A stretch of DNA of 9,145 nucleotides from Octopus sinensis (Eukaryota). The translations under genes were made by a program, and so were the position numbers. The notes under the pieces are model-generated. The model searched no databases and was not told the DNA's origin. It was given only the letters and a program-made list of their open reading frames with translations. Location of the stretch: assembly GCF_006345805.1 (NCBI RefSeq), contig NW_021828038.1:1-9145 (forward strand), read 5' to 3'. Below, piece by piece: positions 8,849 to 9,145 of the stretch. Positions within the stretch are counted from its first letter, which is position 1. The number at the start of each line of letters is the position of its first letter.

Positions 8849-8948
8849 CAGTAGTTTTATTTTTATAGCGTGCTTTCACTTCACTAGCGAGCGCAGCTCT
8901 GTGTGCCTTGGGTACGTGCTGTGATTTGTTGTGCTGCTCTGATGGTTA
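8849..8948 (-). mobile_element. E7: 3'UTR-only (~100 bp) copy of the E2 family
   Basis: Minus strand TAACCATCAGAGCAGCACAACAAATCACAGCACGTACCCAAGGCACACAGAGCTGCGCTCG...ATAAAAATAAAACTACTG; 35/39 identity with the E2 3'UTR; (TAA)n on its sense strand at both ends. Confidence 0.82.
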
Positions 8949-8949
8949 C

Positions 8950-8994
<45 letters not shown>

Positions 8995-9010
8995 CATCAT
9001 CATCACCATC
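8949..9010. repeat. (TTA)n(TCA)n microsatellite
   Basis: Directly visible. Confidence 0.95.
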
Positions 9011-9145
9011 GTCTTTTTGTCGAAACGTTGAAATATGCTGTGTCAGTTCGTAGCAGACGTCGTGGTTTGTCAGAGATATCTATCTACCTTATCTGAGGGA
9101 TAATATTTATCCCCATTTAAACGTAGATGTTCTCTTAGAACAACT

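Noticed and set aside
6057-9096. Remaining short ORFs with poly-I/N/M/L/S/Y/T tracts
   Set aside because: Microsatellite translations, or short chance ORFs in SINE and Helitron sequence.

Overview
AT-rich, microsatellite-dense, non-genic eukaryotic DNA, most likely octopus (inferred from recalled resemblance of the SINEs to octopus tRNA-derived SINEs, not a database search). I find no intact host gene. The main structure is a stack of six co-oriented, 5'-truncated, decayed non-LTR retrotransposon pieces (~537-7007). They carry RT, CCHC and restriction-like endonuclease (REL) motifs typical of the R4/Dong group, appear to come from several distinct families, and are mostly separated by (TAA)n or related NAA triplet arrays. 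A seventh, 3'UTR-only copy lies on the minus strand, and its TAA arrays are on the minus strand too. The window also holds four near-complete tRNA-derived SINE copies with three different 3' tails plus fragments, a 383-bp non-autonomous Helitron with canonical ends, and a near-perfect 175-bp local duplication inserted into one element's 3'UTR. Most listed ORFs are microsatellite translations or retroelement pseudo-ORFs.
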